From Calcarisporiella thermophila CBS 279.70 (lineage: Eukaryota > Fungi > Calcarisporiellomycota), in contig NW_027192193.1 in assembly GCF_041956535.1 (NCBI RefSeq), positions 983,192-1,047,191 on the forward strand: DNA of 64,000 nucleotides, given 5' to 3'. Below the pieces are notes generated by a model that saw only the letters and a list, made by a program, of their open reading frames with translations, searched no databases and was not told where the DNA came from. Of the stretch, positions 51,287 to 63,699 are shown piece after piece. Numbering within the stretch: the first letter of the stretch is position 1; each line of letters opens with the position of its first letter. Both the position numbers and the translations under genes were made by a program.

Positions 51287-54200
51287 ATGCTGCAGACAGA
51301 GCATCTTTCATCATCTGTTCGGATACGGGAAGACAATTCTTCAGTTTATTCATGTTCTCTACAGCGAACTTTCACAGAAACCAAGGATGAAGAGTGGGAG
51401 AATATTTCTACAATGCTGAAAAGTTGGAATACGAATACTGAACCTTCACATAATCTCAGCACAGCATCTAGCATGGACCCTCCCACATCGACATATATAC
51501 CCGAACGCACAAAAGAAAAACCGATAGCAGCTTCATACCCACTATCTCAACCTCAAATACCGTCTGAACCCGTCTCACAATCTAACGCTACCAACCTTTC
51601 TTATTCCTCTGAAATGAAAACGAATCAAGCTCCCAAAATACTCGAGAAAAAACGGTTTGTACCAAACCGTGGTCAACAGGCAGAACCGAAGCCTCGTGAG
51701 AGTGTTTCGCGCGTCTCTTTAGCTAGATCGTTTATGTCACGGCTCTTTTCACGAGATAATGACACTCGACCACACACACCAACACAAGCCCCCAAACCCA
51801 CAGTGCACACGGTGACTACGTGCTCCAATGCCGGGAGGGAGTCCTCGTCAACTTTAGCAAATGCCGAGGACGATTCAGCCGATGACAACAGCACAATAAA
51901 AGGGCAAGAGATTGCACAACAACCTTCACCACCCTCTCAGCCATCCTTAATTAACGAACCATCAGAATCGGTTGCGACTCCACCCATGCTTCAAGAGCCG
52001 TTGTTATCTGAAGAAAATGCGGCCCTTGACTCTGATATGAATCATGAAGCACCACAGGTGCCAGAAATGGCGCTCCCTTCGCGAACCGAACTTTGTGCCG
52101 CAAATGTGACCATTCAAGTTAGTGATGCTGACAATAGCGTGCTGGTACATGAAGACAATGAAGGTGTTCAACCTCAGCAAGAGATAAATGCACGTGTTGT
52201 AGAGCACACCATCTCTCCTACTGCCACTTCTTTCTCAGAGCAAACACGGAGTTCCTACACTACTTCATCCCCGCCCTCCCCCTTATCACCTAGAATACCT
52301 CAAATGTCGCAAATTCCAGATAATAATACCAAAATCCATTGTATGATGAATACAAATAGCTCAGAGCTGGGGAGAATCCCTAGGGGTAAAATTCAACGAT
52401 GGGCAGACTTTCTCCACTAAAAAAATAGTAATCCCCTATTTATTCTTAATAGGCACTACCCATTTACTCGCTTCTAATAATCGCATACCGGGGAAACAAC
52501 TTAGTCCTGTCTTCTCGGCTCTCTTTGAAACTCTGATGGTCCTGGATCTATCTTTCAATCAGATTTTTATATTGCCAAAGGAGGTTGGGCTTCTCATAAA
52601 CCTCAAAGAACTATATCTTCAAGGCAACATGCTGCACGATTTGCCCGACACCTTAGCGAAATGTCTTGAGCTCGAAGTGCTCGACTTGCAGGGAAATATA
52701 TTCGAGGAACTTCGTAAGCTCCATATATGGCCAGGATTTTGATTGAATAATGATTGTAACAATTCATTTTTTCTTGTTTAATCCAGCTGCGAGCACCCAA
52801 AAGCTAATTCAGCTGCGACACCTTGACATTCGCAACAATCGAATACGGCATATTCCACCATTTCTCTGTTGCCTCTCAGGCACGCTCACCAGCTTCTTGT
52901 ACGAGGGCAATCCACTAGAGTCCTGGTATCACGAACTCGCATCGCCACCCCCTATTACCGCAAGCTCAAATACAAACATCTCCCAGGAGGATAATGCTAG
53001 AACCAAATCGCTGCGAAAGTTAAACTCTGCCCCCTCGCTCTGGCGACGACAAAGCCAGGCATCAAACATGAGTATGAAAGATGATTACGAGAACAATCAA
53101 CGCACCTCAATGCCAGTGATTGGTTTTACTGAGGCTCAGGTCACGGTTCCAGACCAACCCAGTTTAGATTCCTCACGAGCGTCTATGTGGTCCACTTACC
53201 CCAGACGGCTTCACAGCCCACCGCCAAAGGCCTATCGTAACTCAATGTACAGCAATGCTGATGATCAGTCTGTCTATAACCTTCAGGATCGTCGCAGTTC
53301 GCGAGTCACTCTAGATCAGGGAAGCCACCTGCAACGGGACAAGGTTAGATCCCCTTCTCCGGTAGTATCCCTTCTTAAAGGCGTAAAAGACGCCATGAAT
53401 TTACGCAGATCTAGCGTCATCTCGACCTCCTCAGTGCAACCGCTTGGTTCTCCCGAGTTATCTCCTCCCCATATGATTTCTCCCGAGCAGATAGACCACC
53501 GAGGATCTCCATCACGCCCTACCTCCTTCTTTTCCAAGAGCAATTTCCGACTAAGCCTGATATCGTCCGTTAGCCAACCGACGGCAGATATGGGACGTTA
53601 TGTTCCGGAGCATCCCCAACGAGCTAGTGCCGGTGGGAGACTCATGCGGAAATCGTCGCGGGTAGAGCGTGCGCTCGATGTACCTCCACCCAATTTCGGG
53701 CAAACAATGCGCGACTCAGGCTTTGCACGAAGTTGGAGTGTCGCGGGGGATACCTCACTAGAGCCATTAGAGGATGAAAAGGTTTTGCTGGATGCGAACA
53801 ATCTGGATGCCGTCATCGACGAAAGGAAGGATTGGTTGACGCCATCTCTGGCCATGGATTCTCTCCAGACGCATCGCCAGGTTCGCGCGATGGACTCAAA
53901 TCCAGAGAGTAGGTGCACTTCTGCCTTAACCATTCGCACGACAGCATCTTTGGAATGCGAAGACCCAGCCAATTTGATGTCTCTTCCTTCATCACGGTCA
54001 AGCTCATTATCCTCATCGCCTTCACATTCTACTTTGAACACGCCTACTCGAGGCTTTGATCACAAAATGTCGCCAACCAATTTGCCTCCTGACGCACACC
54101 CTGGGGATAGTGCTCTGAGTCGGCTCCTTGGTGGACTTCGAGATCTCTACGACTTAGACTCAGAGACGAGTGAGTATGAGCAGGTGATGGCGTGGCGGAG

Positions 54201-55425
54201 GGTCTACAATACAGCAGAGAGCGAACGTAGGCTTATCTATGGAAACGAGGCGGGAGAGCGGGGTGAAAATATCGAGCCCTTGCGAACACCCACTCCAAAA
54301 CATGTGCGTCGGCGCCGTTTTATTCTCCGCGAAATACTTACCACGGAAAGATCGTATGTGCAGGGATTGCAAGAGTTTATGGACATCTACGTGGAGCCTA
54401 GTGCTCAGGTGCTCTCGCCGCAGGAGAGAAAACAAGTGTTTTCCAATTTCGAGAGTATCCTCGCTTTTCACCGAGACCATTTCTTACCGGCTCTGGAGGA
54501 GGAGGTGTCGCGACTAACCAATGACAAGGAGGTGAACGATATGGACGACGGCATACAAGATGATCCAGTAAGAGTTGGAGGCGTGTTTGTAAAGCTGGCC
54601 GATTTTCTACGCATGTATAGTTTCTACATTAATAACTGTGATTCCGCATTGGGGATGCTGGAGGGATGGCGCCGGAGTCGAAAGCCGGTGAAGCAGCTGA
54701 TGGAGGCCGCAAGAACCCATTCCCGACACGCGCAGATCAATTTTCAAGGCTATTTGCTATTGCCGGTTCAGCGGATTCCGCGCTATCGCCTCCTTCTGAA
54801 AGATCTTTTACGCAACACGTACGAAAGCCACGGCGATTACGCAGATCTGCGTCGCGCCTCAGAGGCCATGGAGGCACGCGCCGAAGAGGTCAATGCTCGT
54901 AAGCGTGAGCACGAAAACCATGAGCGAATTGTTCAAATTCAGGCGATGCTGCGCTCTCGATCTCGTACGGTGCTTGTACAGCATGACCGCCGCCTGATAC
55001 GAGAGGGTTTCCTGCGGATTTCACACGTCGCGAGACGGGTTCCCTACACCGAGTCGCCCATCGCCGGGGCGCAGCGGCTCAGTGTTACTTATGTCAGGCG
55101 AGAATTTTACTTTTTCCTGTTCAACGACATCTTTGTGTGGTGTAAGGCGAGCAGTGGACACTACCAACTGTTGCGACAACGATCCGCCGGGGGTGCAAAC
55201 GCGTCCATCCTTCCTCTAGTGCCGACGCTCGCGCAAGGTCAAATGCAATTGCAGATGACGTTGAAACTGGACTCGCGACTCGAACCCGCCTCCGTTGTAC
55301 AAGTATTCGAGGAGAAAATGCTTCGCGTGGTCGACTCTACCGGAATCTACTATCTGGCCTCCGTCCTCTCGAATGGGGACGCTGACCTCGATATCTGGGC
55401 AAAAGCTATCAATACCCGATGGTGA
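51287..55425 (+). CDS. LRR + DH/PH Rho guanine nucleotide exchange factor
   Basis: Ser/Pro-rich N-terminus; LRRs (LDLSFNQI..LP, LYLQGN.L..LP, LDIRNNRI); DH motifs EILTTERSYV, LLPVQRIPRYRLLL; PH motif FFLFND. Confidence 0.85.
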
Positions 55426-55826
55426 TTCATTGTATCAGACACATTTTTACACCCCCATTTTCAACGCAATAATATCATGCTTTTTTTTTTTTTTACGTCG
55501 CTATCCATTTTTATTCCTCGTTTCAGCCTTATTTCTATTCTATTAATCCATCGCTGCAATTTCTTGTTATTATTGTTTTGATTGTTTTGCTAGTTCATTC
55601 CCCATTTTTTATCCTCCACTCCAATATATTTGTGCTTCTCTCTAACGTATATACATAAATGCGTGCGTGTTTGTGTGCACTTTCCAAGGGGAAAATGAGA
55701 GGAACTCTATTTCTCCAATGTCGAATAAAGTTTTAAGCTCCCACTTGAGTGACTGCGAATTGGACAACAATAATTCAACAGAAAAACAATTAGTGTGAAA
55801 GCATATTTGCTGACACAATTCTCGCC

Positions 55827-57275
55827 ATGCTGACACGGTCGTTCGCCTCCATCCGTTCTCTACCTATCGGCCGGTATACCAGCTTGTCAAAGCGCTTAAA
55901 ATTACTTGGTCCCACCCGCTTCTCGTCATCGTCCTCCGTTTCCACACCCCTTCCCCAAGCCCCCCTCACCAATGCAAAACCGAAGCCCGCCACAAGCGCA
56001 GGCGACTTGGCCAATCGCGACCACCGTGCCATTGCAAAAGCTCAGCAGCTCTTCATGATTCATCCCAGTAGTCCTGGCTCTGTCTTTATGCTGCCACATG
56101 GGACACGCATAGTCCAACGGCTACAAGACTTTATACGGGGAGAGTACCATCGATTTGGGTACGAAGAGGTGATGACTCCGCTCATATACAAGAAGGATTT
56201 GTGGGAGACATCAGGACACTGGCAGAATTACAAAGAGAACATGTTTCTTGTCCATGGTGGCGATGGCCATGAGAATGACCTTGACAAGGATGGATTCGGG
56301 CTGAAGCCGATGAACTGTCCCGGCCATTGTCTCATTTTTGATAATGTGCCACGGTCTTACCGCGATTTGCCTCTGAGGTATGCTGATTTTAGTCCACTGC
56401 ATCGCAACGAGGCAACCGGGGCCCTTACCGGGCTAACGCGTGTGCGCCGCTTCCATCAAGACGATGCCCATATTTTCTGTACCGAATCACAAATTCAGCA
56501 AGAAGTTCGCGACTGTCTTACCCTGATCGACCGTATCTATTCCATATTCCGGTTCCCGCGCTACGAACTCACCCTGTCCACCCGGCCCGACGCTTATATG
56601 GGTGAGCTACGTGAATGGGACCATGCAGAGGCTGCCCTGCGCTCTGCCCTTGACTCCACCGGCAAGCCCTGGTCAATCAAGGAAGGAGACGGGGCCTTTT
56701 ATGGGCCCAAGATTGATGTGATGGTGGGCGATGCTCTAGGGCGGACTCACCAGACTGCCACCGTGCAGCTAGACTTCCAACTTCCAGCCCGATTTGGGCT
56801 CCGCTACCAGGATGAGCAGGACAAGCTTCGCACACCCATCATTATCCACCGTGCGGTGCTGGGCTCAGTGGAGCGTATGCTCGCCATCCTCATCGAGCAC
56901 ACCGAAGGAAAATGGCCATTTTGGCTAAGTCCGCGCCAAGCGGTCGTGATACCCGTCGGCCCCTCCTTTGAGGAATACGCACGCAAGGTTGCCAAGGCCC
57001 TCTCGCTCGGCCAGCGATCGCTCGACTTTAGGCCTGAAGAGGCGAATACGAGTCAACGCTACTACGTGAATGTCGATGCCTCGGCTCGACACAGTCTTGG
57101 GAAGATGATCCGCGAGGCACAGCTGCTGCGCTACAACTTTATTATGGTAGTCGGGCAAAAAGAGCAGGAGGCGGGGTTGGTAAATCTGCGCACGCGGGAC
57201 GGCAAGCAGCTAGGGACCAAGTCTTTGGAAGAAATCCTGGACGTTTGGGCTCAACTTGAATCCAACTACGAATGA
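55827..57275 (+). CDS. MST1: Mitochondrial threonyl-tRNA synthetase (intronless, no N-terminal editing domain)
   Basis: Presequence; DHR, LWETSGHW, KPMNCPGHC, RVRRFHQDDAH, GAFYGPKID, IHRAVLGS, anticodon-binding domain. Confidence 0.93.
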   Translation: MLTRSFASIRSLPIGRYTSLSKRLKLLGPTRFSSSSSVSTPLPQAPLTNAKPKPATSAGDLANRDHRAIAKAQQLFMIHPSSPGSVFMLPHGTRIVQRLQDFIRGEYHRFGYEEVMTPLIYKKDLWETSGHWQNYKENMFLVHGGDGHENDLDKDGFGLKPMNCPGHCLIFDNVPRSYRDLPLRYADFSPLHRNEATGALTGLTRVRRFHQDDAHIFCTESQIQQEVRDCLTLIDRIYSIFRFPRYELTLSTRPDAYMGELREWDHAEAALRSALDSTGKPWSIKEGDGAFYGPKIDVMVGDALGRTHQTATVQLDFQLPARFGLRYQDEQDKLRTPIIIHRAVLGSVERMLAILIEHTEGKWPFWLSPRQAVVIPVGPSFEEYARKVAKALSLGQRSLDFRPEEANTSQRYYVNVDASARHSLGKMIREAQLLRYNFIMVVGQKEQEAGLVNLRTRDGKQLGTKSLEEILDVWAQLESNYE

Positions 57276-57719
57276 ACGGAGGCTTCGGTTCACGAACTTT
57301 GTGTATTGGAGGTGCAGGAGGAACTCCAAGAGACTTTGAAAGGAACTTGATGCTATACTATTCTTGTTATTTTCCTTCTACTATAGACGCTGTTTTTTTT
57401 TTCTCTAATTCTAATAGAATTATCATGTATAATGTGTTTTTATGAGCAAGAGGTGTAAATAAAGGGCAAGCTAAACTATTCACATTCAGTAAAGAGATAC
57501 AAATGAAACTAGGAGAGATATTGACAGTGATAGGCCGAGACCAAGTCTAGCAGCCTTCTTTGAGCCTCCTTCGCTCAACAGCCAGGGCCTAAGTAGAAAT
57601 CAAAAGTCTATTTTGTGAAAATACAAACCATCCTGTTCGAGATGGCACGAGTGGGAATCAATGACACTGGTCGAAAAAATATTTCGGTAATAGATGGAAA
57701 AATGAGTTATATCAAGACT

Positions 57720-58623
57720 CTAAATCATTCCTCTCCAAATTCTTGAGAGCAAGCTTAACTCCTCGTCCTTGACCTCCTTGACAATGACCGGGTGGCGTTG
57801 CGGAATCTTCCTGGTCTGCTCCTCGACCTCCCACTGGCTTGCGGCAATTGGGAGGCTAGACTGTCCCGCCGAGGTCTCCTCAGTCTCCTCTACCGTGCCA
57901 TCCGCGTATCGTACTCTGCGGCTTGTGCGCGTGACACCATTCTCTGTGGTGGAAACGATGACTTCCTCACGGCCATCCGGGTGTCGGACGCATCGGTGGG
58001 ACGAGGCCCTGTAAGACGTCTTTAGAATAGAAGGTGAATAGGGCTACTTGGATTCTTCAAGAGTTCTGATAGTACTGGGCTAAATTTACCTCTCCAGGTG
58101 CATTCCAACCGTTACTGTTTAATTTCTCTTCATTCCCCGGATTCTGGTAAAAAGGAGATTCTCGCTTCAAAAAGATATCCACAAATGATTCAGGATCCCT
58201 CGCAGCCTTTATAGCCTCCAGTTTTTCATGATCTGCCTCCGGGCCCCAGGGCGCATTCCATCCGAACAATATATCAAACCCGGAAAGAGGAGTGGGACGA
58301 CGGAGGCGGCGAGCGATGCGTTCCAAAAACCTGCCTTTTTCGCTTTCATCATCTCTTGATGTGATTCTCAAACTGGGCGGAGGGTAATAGAGCCGATTAT
58401 AATCGCTGTCGCTATACCACAGATCTGGGCGGAATATAGGGAGAAATGCTCCCATGAACATAGTGTTTAGCATGGAACCAAAGGCTGCCCGTGCGCGTTC
58501 GAATTCACGCTCCAGTTCCCTCTCGAATTCACGCTCGGTCTCTGCGAAAAAGGAGCCGAAATCGCGACGCTCGGGCATTTCAAAGAAGTCATCTTCTCTC
58601 CTTGTTTCGTCTGAGCGGTCCAT
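57720..58623 (-). CDS. Hypothetical protein (two exons) with C-terminal beta-hairpin-like repeats
   Basis: ORF from 58623, GT donor ~58089, AAG acceptor ~58020, continuing TSYRASSHRCVRHPDGREEVIVSTTENGVTRTSRRVRYADGTVEE...RGMI*; TATA-like TTTTATAAAA at 58701-58710. Confidence 0.7.
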
Positions 58624-58780
58624 TTTCGTAATGGTGGATCACGGCTAAGGATGTTTGGGAAGTTTGAATGGATTTAGTTTCAAAAATCTTCGAGTTTCGA
58701 TTTTATAAAAGGGAGCGCTTGGCAGGAGCAGTCACAATGGTTCATTAAAATAAAAGTATTGTACATGATTTTATTGCGTT

Positions 58781-61700
58781 TTACCGTCGCCAGTATTGCG
58801 ACCACTTGTGAATAGTTTCCATGACTTGTGGGAAGAGGGCAGAAACACTGTCGTTAATCAGATTCTGGAAGTCCTTAATGGCTTCATCTTCAGACAGATC
58901 TAGACGGAACTTTTCTTGTACCTTTTCCAGCAAGGCATTAGTGAGAGTTAGCCCGATGCAGAACTAAGTGAGAAGCACTGAAATAAAGGCAAATTGTACC
59001 TTGAGGACAGCTTTATCTGGCTCTATTTTGATGTCGGGGATGTTGGCGTCGACCATGAGTGCAAACAAATTGAGGATAAGGTTAGCACTCTTTCGCAAAG
59101 TTGTCAGTGTGGTGTAGCAGTAGGACTTGAAGCGCTGGTAATGTGGCGAATTGGCGCCACCCATCGCTTCGACCATTTCCTTGCACAATTTCATCGGCGG
59201 AGGGAACGGTTTAGGATCACGCCCAAGAATGAACCCAAAATCAACGTGGAAGAGTCGTCCTTAGATATCAATCACCATATATGAATGGAATGCATTAGAA
59301 AAGAAAAGTCCAAAGGCTCTTTACCGTCGGGTGTGAGCAATAGGTTATCTAAATGCCGATCGCCAACGCCTAATAGATAGGTGATCACACAGTATCCAGC
59401 TAAGAAAAAAAAAAATTATGCAGTTATAGAAGATTAACTTCAATAAATAAGGGGGGAGAGAAAACAAAAAAAAAACAAACCGCAGCTCTTAACGTAGGTG
59501 TCCATCACCTGTGGATCAACGCCGTAAGTCCCTACCGAGCTTTCTTCAGGGTTATGCTTGCGCAAATACATTAGAATGCTACCGTTGTTCTCTGCAAGCA
59601 CCGTCGCAAGAGGGGTTGAAGGGATATACTGTAGAAGACCGTGGTCAGAGCCCGTCGCCAGCACCTTATAGGGAGTTAATTTAAGGTCGAGGTTTTCCTT
59701 GCGCAGTAGCTTATCCATTAGCATGATAATTTGTATTACAAGCTGATCTTGGCGCAAATCATCCCCTGTTTTGAACATCACCTAAAGTTCATGAATGCGT
59801 TAAAACAACATCGACCTACTGGGGAACCTTTTCAGCTACTAACCGGGTATTCCGACCCATCTACGCAGTTAAACGTAAGGCGCAGAGGCAATAAACTGCT
59901 CTTGAAAATGGATGATTTTTCTATAAAAGGATGAAGGCAGGATTAGCCCAATACGTGCTCAAGTGAACGGAAAAAGAAAGTAGTACTAACCGGCATTGAT
60001 CCCATGGACCATCACTCTAGCATCAAGTGGAAGTGGCAGAGGATTAAAGTTAGCGAGACCATTTTTTGGATCAGAAATGAATTCTCTGAGATATTCAATC
60101 TGCTCGGAGCAATGAATGTATTGACGTTAGGCATTCTCTATATGAAATGAAACACGATTTGTAGTTGCCTTTTTTGGTCGAGTGTCTTTGAGGGACCGCA
60201 GCTCTTTGGAAAGTTGAGTCAAAGTAGCGACAAGCTCTCCTTGTCGCCGAAGGATTTCGCGCCGAGAGAACCCCTTTGAAACCTAATAATAAAGTAGGAA
60301 TCAGTCAGAGAGGGAGAGAGAGGAAAGGATAAAATCCAGATACTACAATACTTACTTCTGCCATTGAGGTCATATATTGATACGCTATTTTTGCATAAGT
60401 TTTGCCCACAATTTTATCCTCGCATTCCACCATTAAATACCTTGAGTAGATTAGAAAAAACGTGGATTAGATTATCTGGAAAGTGAAAAATAAATGAGCG
60501 AGGACTACCAGTGAAAATAGTTCCCAAGAATTGGGTTTTTGACCGAGCGCTCTATCAAAAATTCCGCCAAGGACGAGCTGGCGGATCGCTCGTTAATGTG
60601 TTCAAACCGAAGTGCTTGCACGAGTTGCAATAAATACAATTGCAAATCCTGAAGGAAATAAAGATGATTAAGGTCGCCAAATTCACCCAGCGTATTTGGT
60701 GAACCTACATCGTCATCAGCTTTGCGAAGCTTGTTGACTGCGTACTCACGAACGGCGCGATTCTCAAAATCACGCCCAAGGAGTTCAAGCGCATCGTCAA
60801 TGTCAATTTCCATCCAGGTTTGGAGAAGATCAACCGCCTGCTTGACCTCAGTAGCATCAGTCCATACAACGCATTTCAGGAACTTTGTTAAGGCCTAGCG
60901 AAGGAATTATGTCGATTTGGTGAAAATTTCTCTTAAAGGCGGGCCATTTGCAACCGATTACCTTTTTGTCGCGCGATAAGTAGTATCTGAATTTCCATAT
61001 CATGTCCTTTTCTTCGGTGGTCAGAGTTTGCGTAGGGGAATATCTGAGAATTTTCTAGAGTTGAAAATAAAACCAATGAATGAATATCGAAAACTCAAGG
61101 GAGAATTGAGCATTACTCACATTGAGTTCATCGCGGATCTTCACATTCGGCTTCAAATCTCTATCAAGAGGGCCGGTTCTATGACTTCGGACTAGACGAC
61201 GATGCTTGGCTTCTATTGGGTTATCGCGGAGCATTTCAGGGTCATTTATATTGATGAGTCTCCGCGAACCACTCACAGACGCCGTAGGCAATGGTTGCGT
61301 AAGCGGTTGTGTGAGAGGGATGGATGGTAAAGTTATAGGTGCATACTCCTAATTAATTGGGATTTTAAGTAGACCGTTATCACTACCGTCGAGTTGGAGC
61401 TTATAAAACATGCTTACCTGTTCACTGTATACCAGGGGAAAGTCGAATTTAGGTAGATCGATATAAAGCGAGAGCTTTTTTGATTTTGATGACTCGCGCT
61501 AAATTGAGGATACCTCATGGATATTCTATTTCCAGTGCGATAAAAACGACACAACCATACCTTGTGAATCTTCTCAATCTGCCGAAATACTAAATTGTCC
61601 AGCCACTCTACCCTTCGCATATCCCCCTTCTCGTGCTTCTTCATGAGCTATTCACGGATATTAGCTACATAGAAATGATAGCAATATAATGGAGGAATAC

Positions 61701-62498
61701 CTTTTCAAGTCTATCCATTTCGTCACCATTGTCAATTTTACTAGGTGTAGTTGTCAAGATACTACCATCTGCCTCTCTCTCTGGCCAAATGTGTAGCTTA
61801 TGCTTCCCACGACGCAACGTACTTTAATGCACAAAAATAAAGTAAAACTTCAGTGGGACATGAGGTAGGCATCAGAGTAGATGCTCACTTGTTTTTTCCG
61901 AAAAGCTTGAAGGTTGATCCTCCCACGGGCACTGGTGTTCGAGGTCCATAAATATCCCAAACTGTGATTGCGAGCTGTGCACTCGCTGGCAGATCGCGAT
62001 ACTTGATTGGAAGGGTTATCCACTCATTCCATCTTTACATGATACGATTAGAAGATGAAGAATAAGAAGGGGAAAAAAGCTAGCCAGAAAAGTCGACTTA
62101 CATCCAGTGATTTTTGAAACTCTTGTATGAAGTTCGTTCCGCTACTGTAAGAGGTTTATTGTCGCCATAGAGCTGGACCGTGACATAGAGATCGGAATAG
62201 TTACTAAAAAATTATGGAAATTCTAGCCGAGATGTTCACACCCAGTAACTAGCAATCTATGTATTTAAACCTCTGCTGCAGCCCAGTAAATTTCAGTTCG
62301 GGGTTGTCTAGCAGGACAGATAGCGGTTTCTTTTCGCGCACGCCTTCAAGCGAGGAACTGGATATCAAAATCAGAGGACATCCCCCTCAAAAAGCAAGAA
62401 TTTGCCATCGACACTTACATTCGAAGACTTACAAAAAGATCGAGATCTTTCGTCATACAATAGGAGAAGTCTTTGAATTGAGCATCCCCGTAATCCAT
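58781..62498 (-). CDS. VPS34: Class III PI 3-kinase Vps34
   Basis: C2 ([15 protein letters not shown]), helical (DDALELLG), kinase [41 protein letters not shown]. Confidence 0.96.
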
Positions 62499-62769
62499 CT
62501 TGCTAAATGCCACTTCAATCCACGTCAATGCTGAGTTTGCCGCCTTCACGCTTAATATTCGTGACTTGATGTCAGCTTTGACAGTCACAAGGGGGCACTA
62601 GGCGGGAATTGTAGGCCAGATTAGATTTTTGAGGATGATGTTTCGTAGATTCGATAGAATCGATAGCTAGATTTCAGCCTAGTTCTCATAGAGAATTTGG
62701 ATTGCACCCTCGATCTAATCCTTTATCATACTCACGCCAAGAGTTGCTGCTGTTGGAGCGCGCGTGTAT

Positions 62770-63348
62770 TGAATGATGTTTCAGGTTAGGCTTTAAGCTA
62801 CTAATCCTAATCCAGCGATTGAATGTTGAGGGCGAAGGGGTCCTCGAAAGTGGAGAGAAACATATTTAATATACTCTCGGATGAATAAGGGGAAACGAGC
62901 CGGATTACCGCCGCTGACACTTATCGCTCGCTCTTGCACAAGCGCAAACCACAAGAGAGTGGTCGTGAGAAAAGCTAGGTTACCAGTGGCCCCGCGCCTC
63001 CGGTAGGCGATTTGTGTCGATTTGTGAGGAAAGGCCGTCTTGTATGGTTGCAGCCCGCCATTGGTGCGAATATGGAAATTCAGCCTCGGCTGCCCAGAGC
63101 AAGCCGTCAATACGCAGTGCACGGCCGAGACAGCTGCAGCGGCAAGGGGAGCCCCTCGAACACCCTTTGTTTTCAGCACTAGCAGGACGGAGGCAAGCTT
63201 GAGGGTCTCGCGCCAGACCAGCCTTGGCTACATGGGCTGATGCGGACGGGGACGCTAGCTTTTTGTTTAGGGTTCTCAGATCTTGCTCCAACCAATGGGG
63301 GGCGGGCTGAGCAGTCTTCCGATAATTCGGACTGTCAACTGTCTTTTT
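62770..63348 (+). ncRNA. Candidate structured non-coding RNA (identity unknown)
   Basis: GC-rich non-coding island with many hairpins and long-range helices; G-U pairs favour the + strand; ends in hairpin plus T5. Confidence 0.45.
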
Positions 63349-63639
63349 GGGAAACATATTTAATAATCCTTAAGTGAAATGAAACAGTGCTGCGACTTTG
63401 TTGGTTACAGAAGAGCACCCCTTTCCTGCTTTCTTGGCTGACTTCAGAGCGGGCAATATATACTTGCCACGAAGCGTGTCGGCTTTCTCTTAAGAATTCC
63501 CTTCGCCCTTGCCATTTGTTTTGTTCATTCAAGCATCTCCCGCCTTTTTGCATTCTTCCTGCTCCTCCCTGTTTACCCCTTGTCACTTTCCCTCTAGCTT
63601 CCCCCTCGCACTCTATCCCGCCCCGCCCCCCCCCCCTCC

Positions 63640-63693
63640 CCCATCTCGCCCAACCCATCTCGCCCAACCCATCTCGCCCAACCCATCTCGCCC
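63640..63693 (+). repeat. 14-bp tandem repeat (CCCATCTCGCCCAA) x ~3.9 immediately before the noxR ATG
   Basis: Three exact copies and one 12-bp partial copy, preceded by a C-rich tract. Confidence 0.9.
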
Positions 63694-63699
63694 GTTTAA

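Noticed and set aside
63074-63336. RNase P/MRP assignment from GGAAATTCAG and AATTCGGACTG
   Set aside because: The two motifs do not form a complementary P4 helix, so identity is not supported
62793-63357. 125-128 aa minus-strand ORFs in the VPS34-noxR gap
   Set aside because: No recognisable motifs; expected by chance in GC-rich DNA; RNA structure explains the region better
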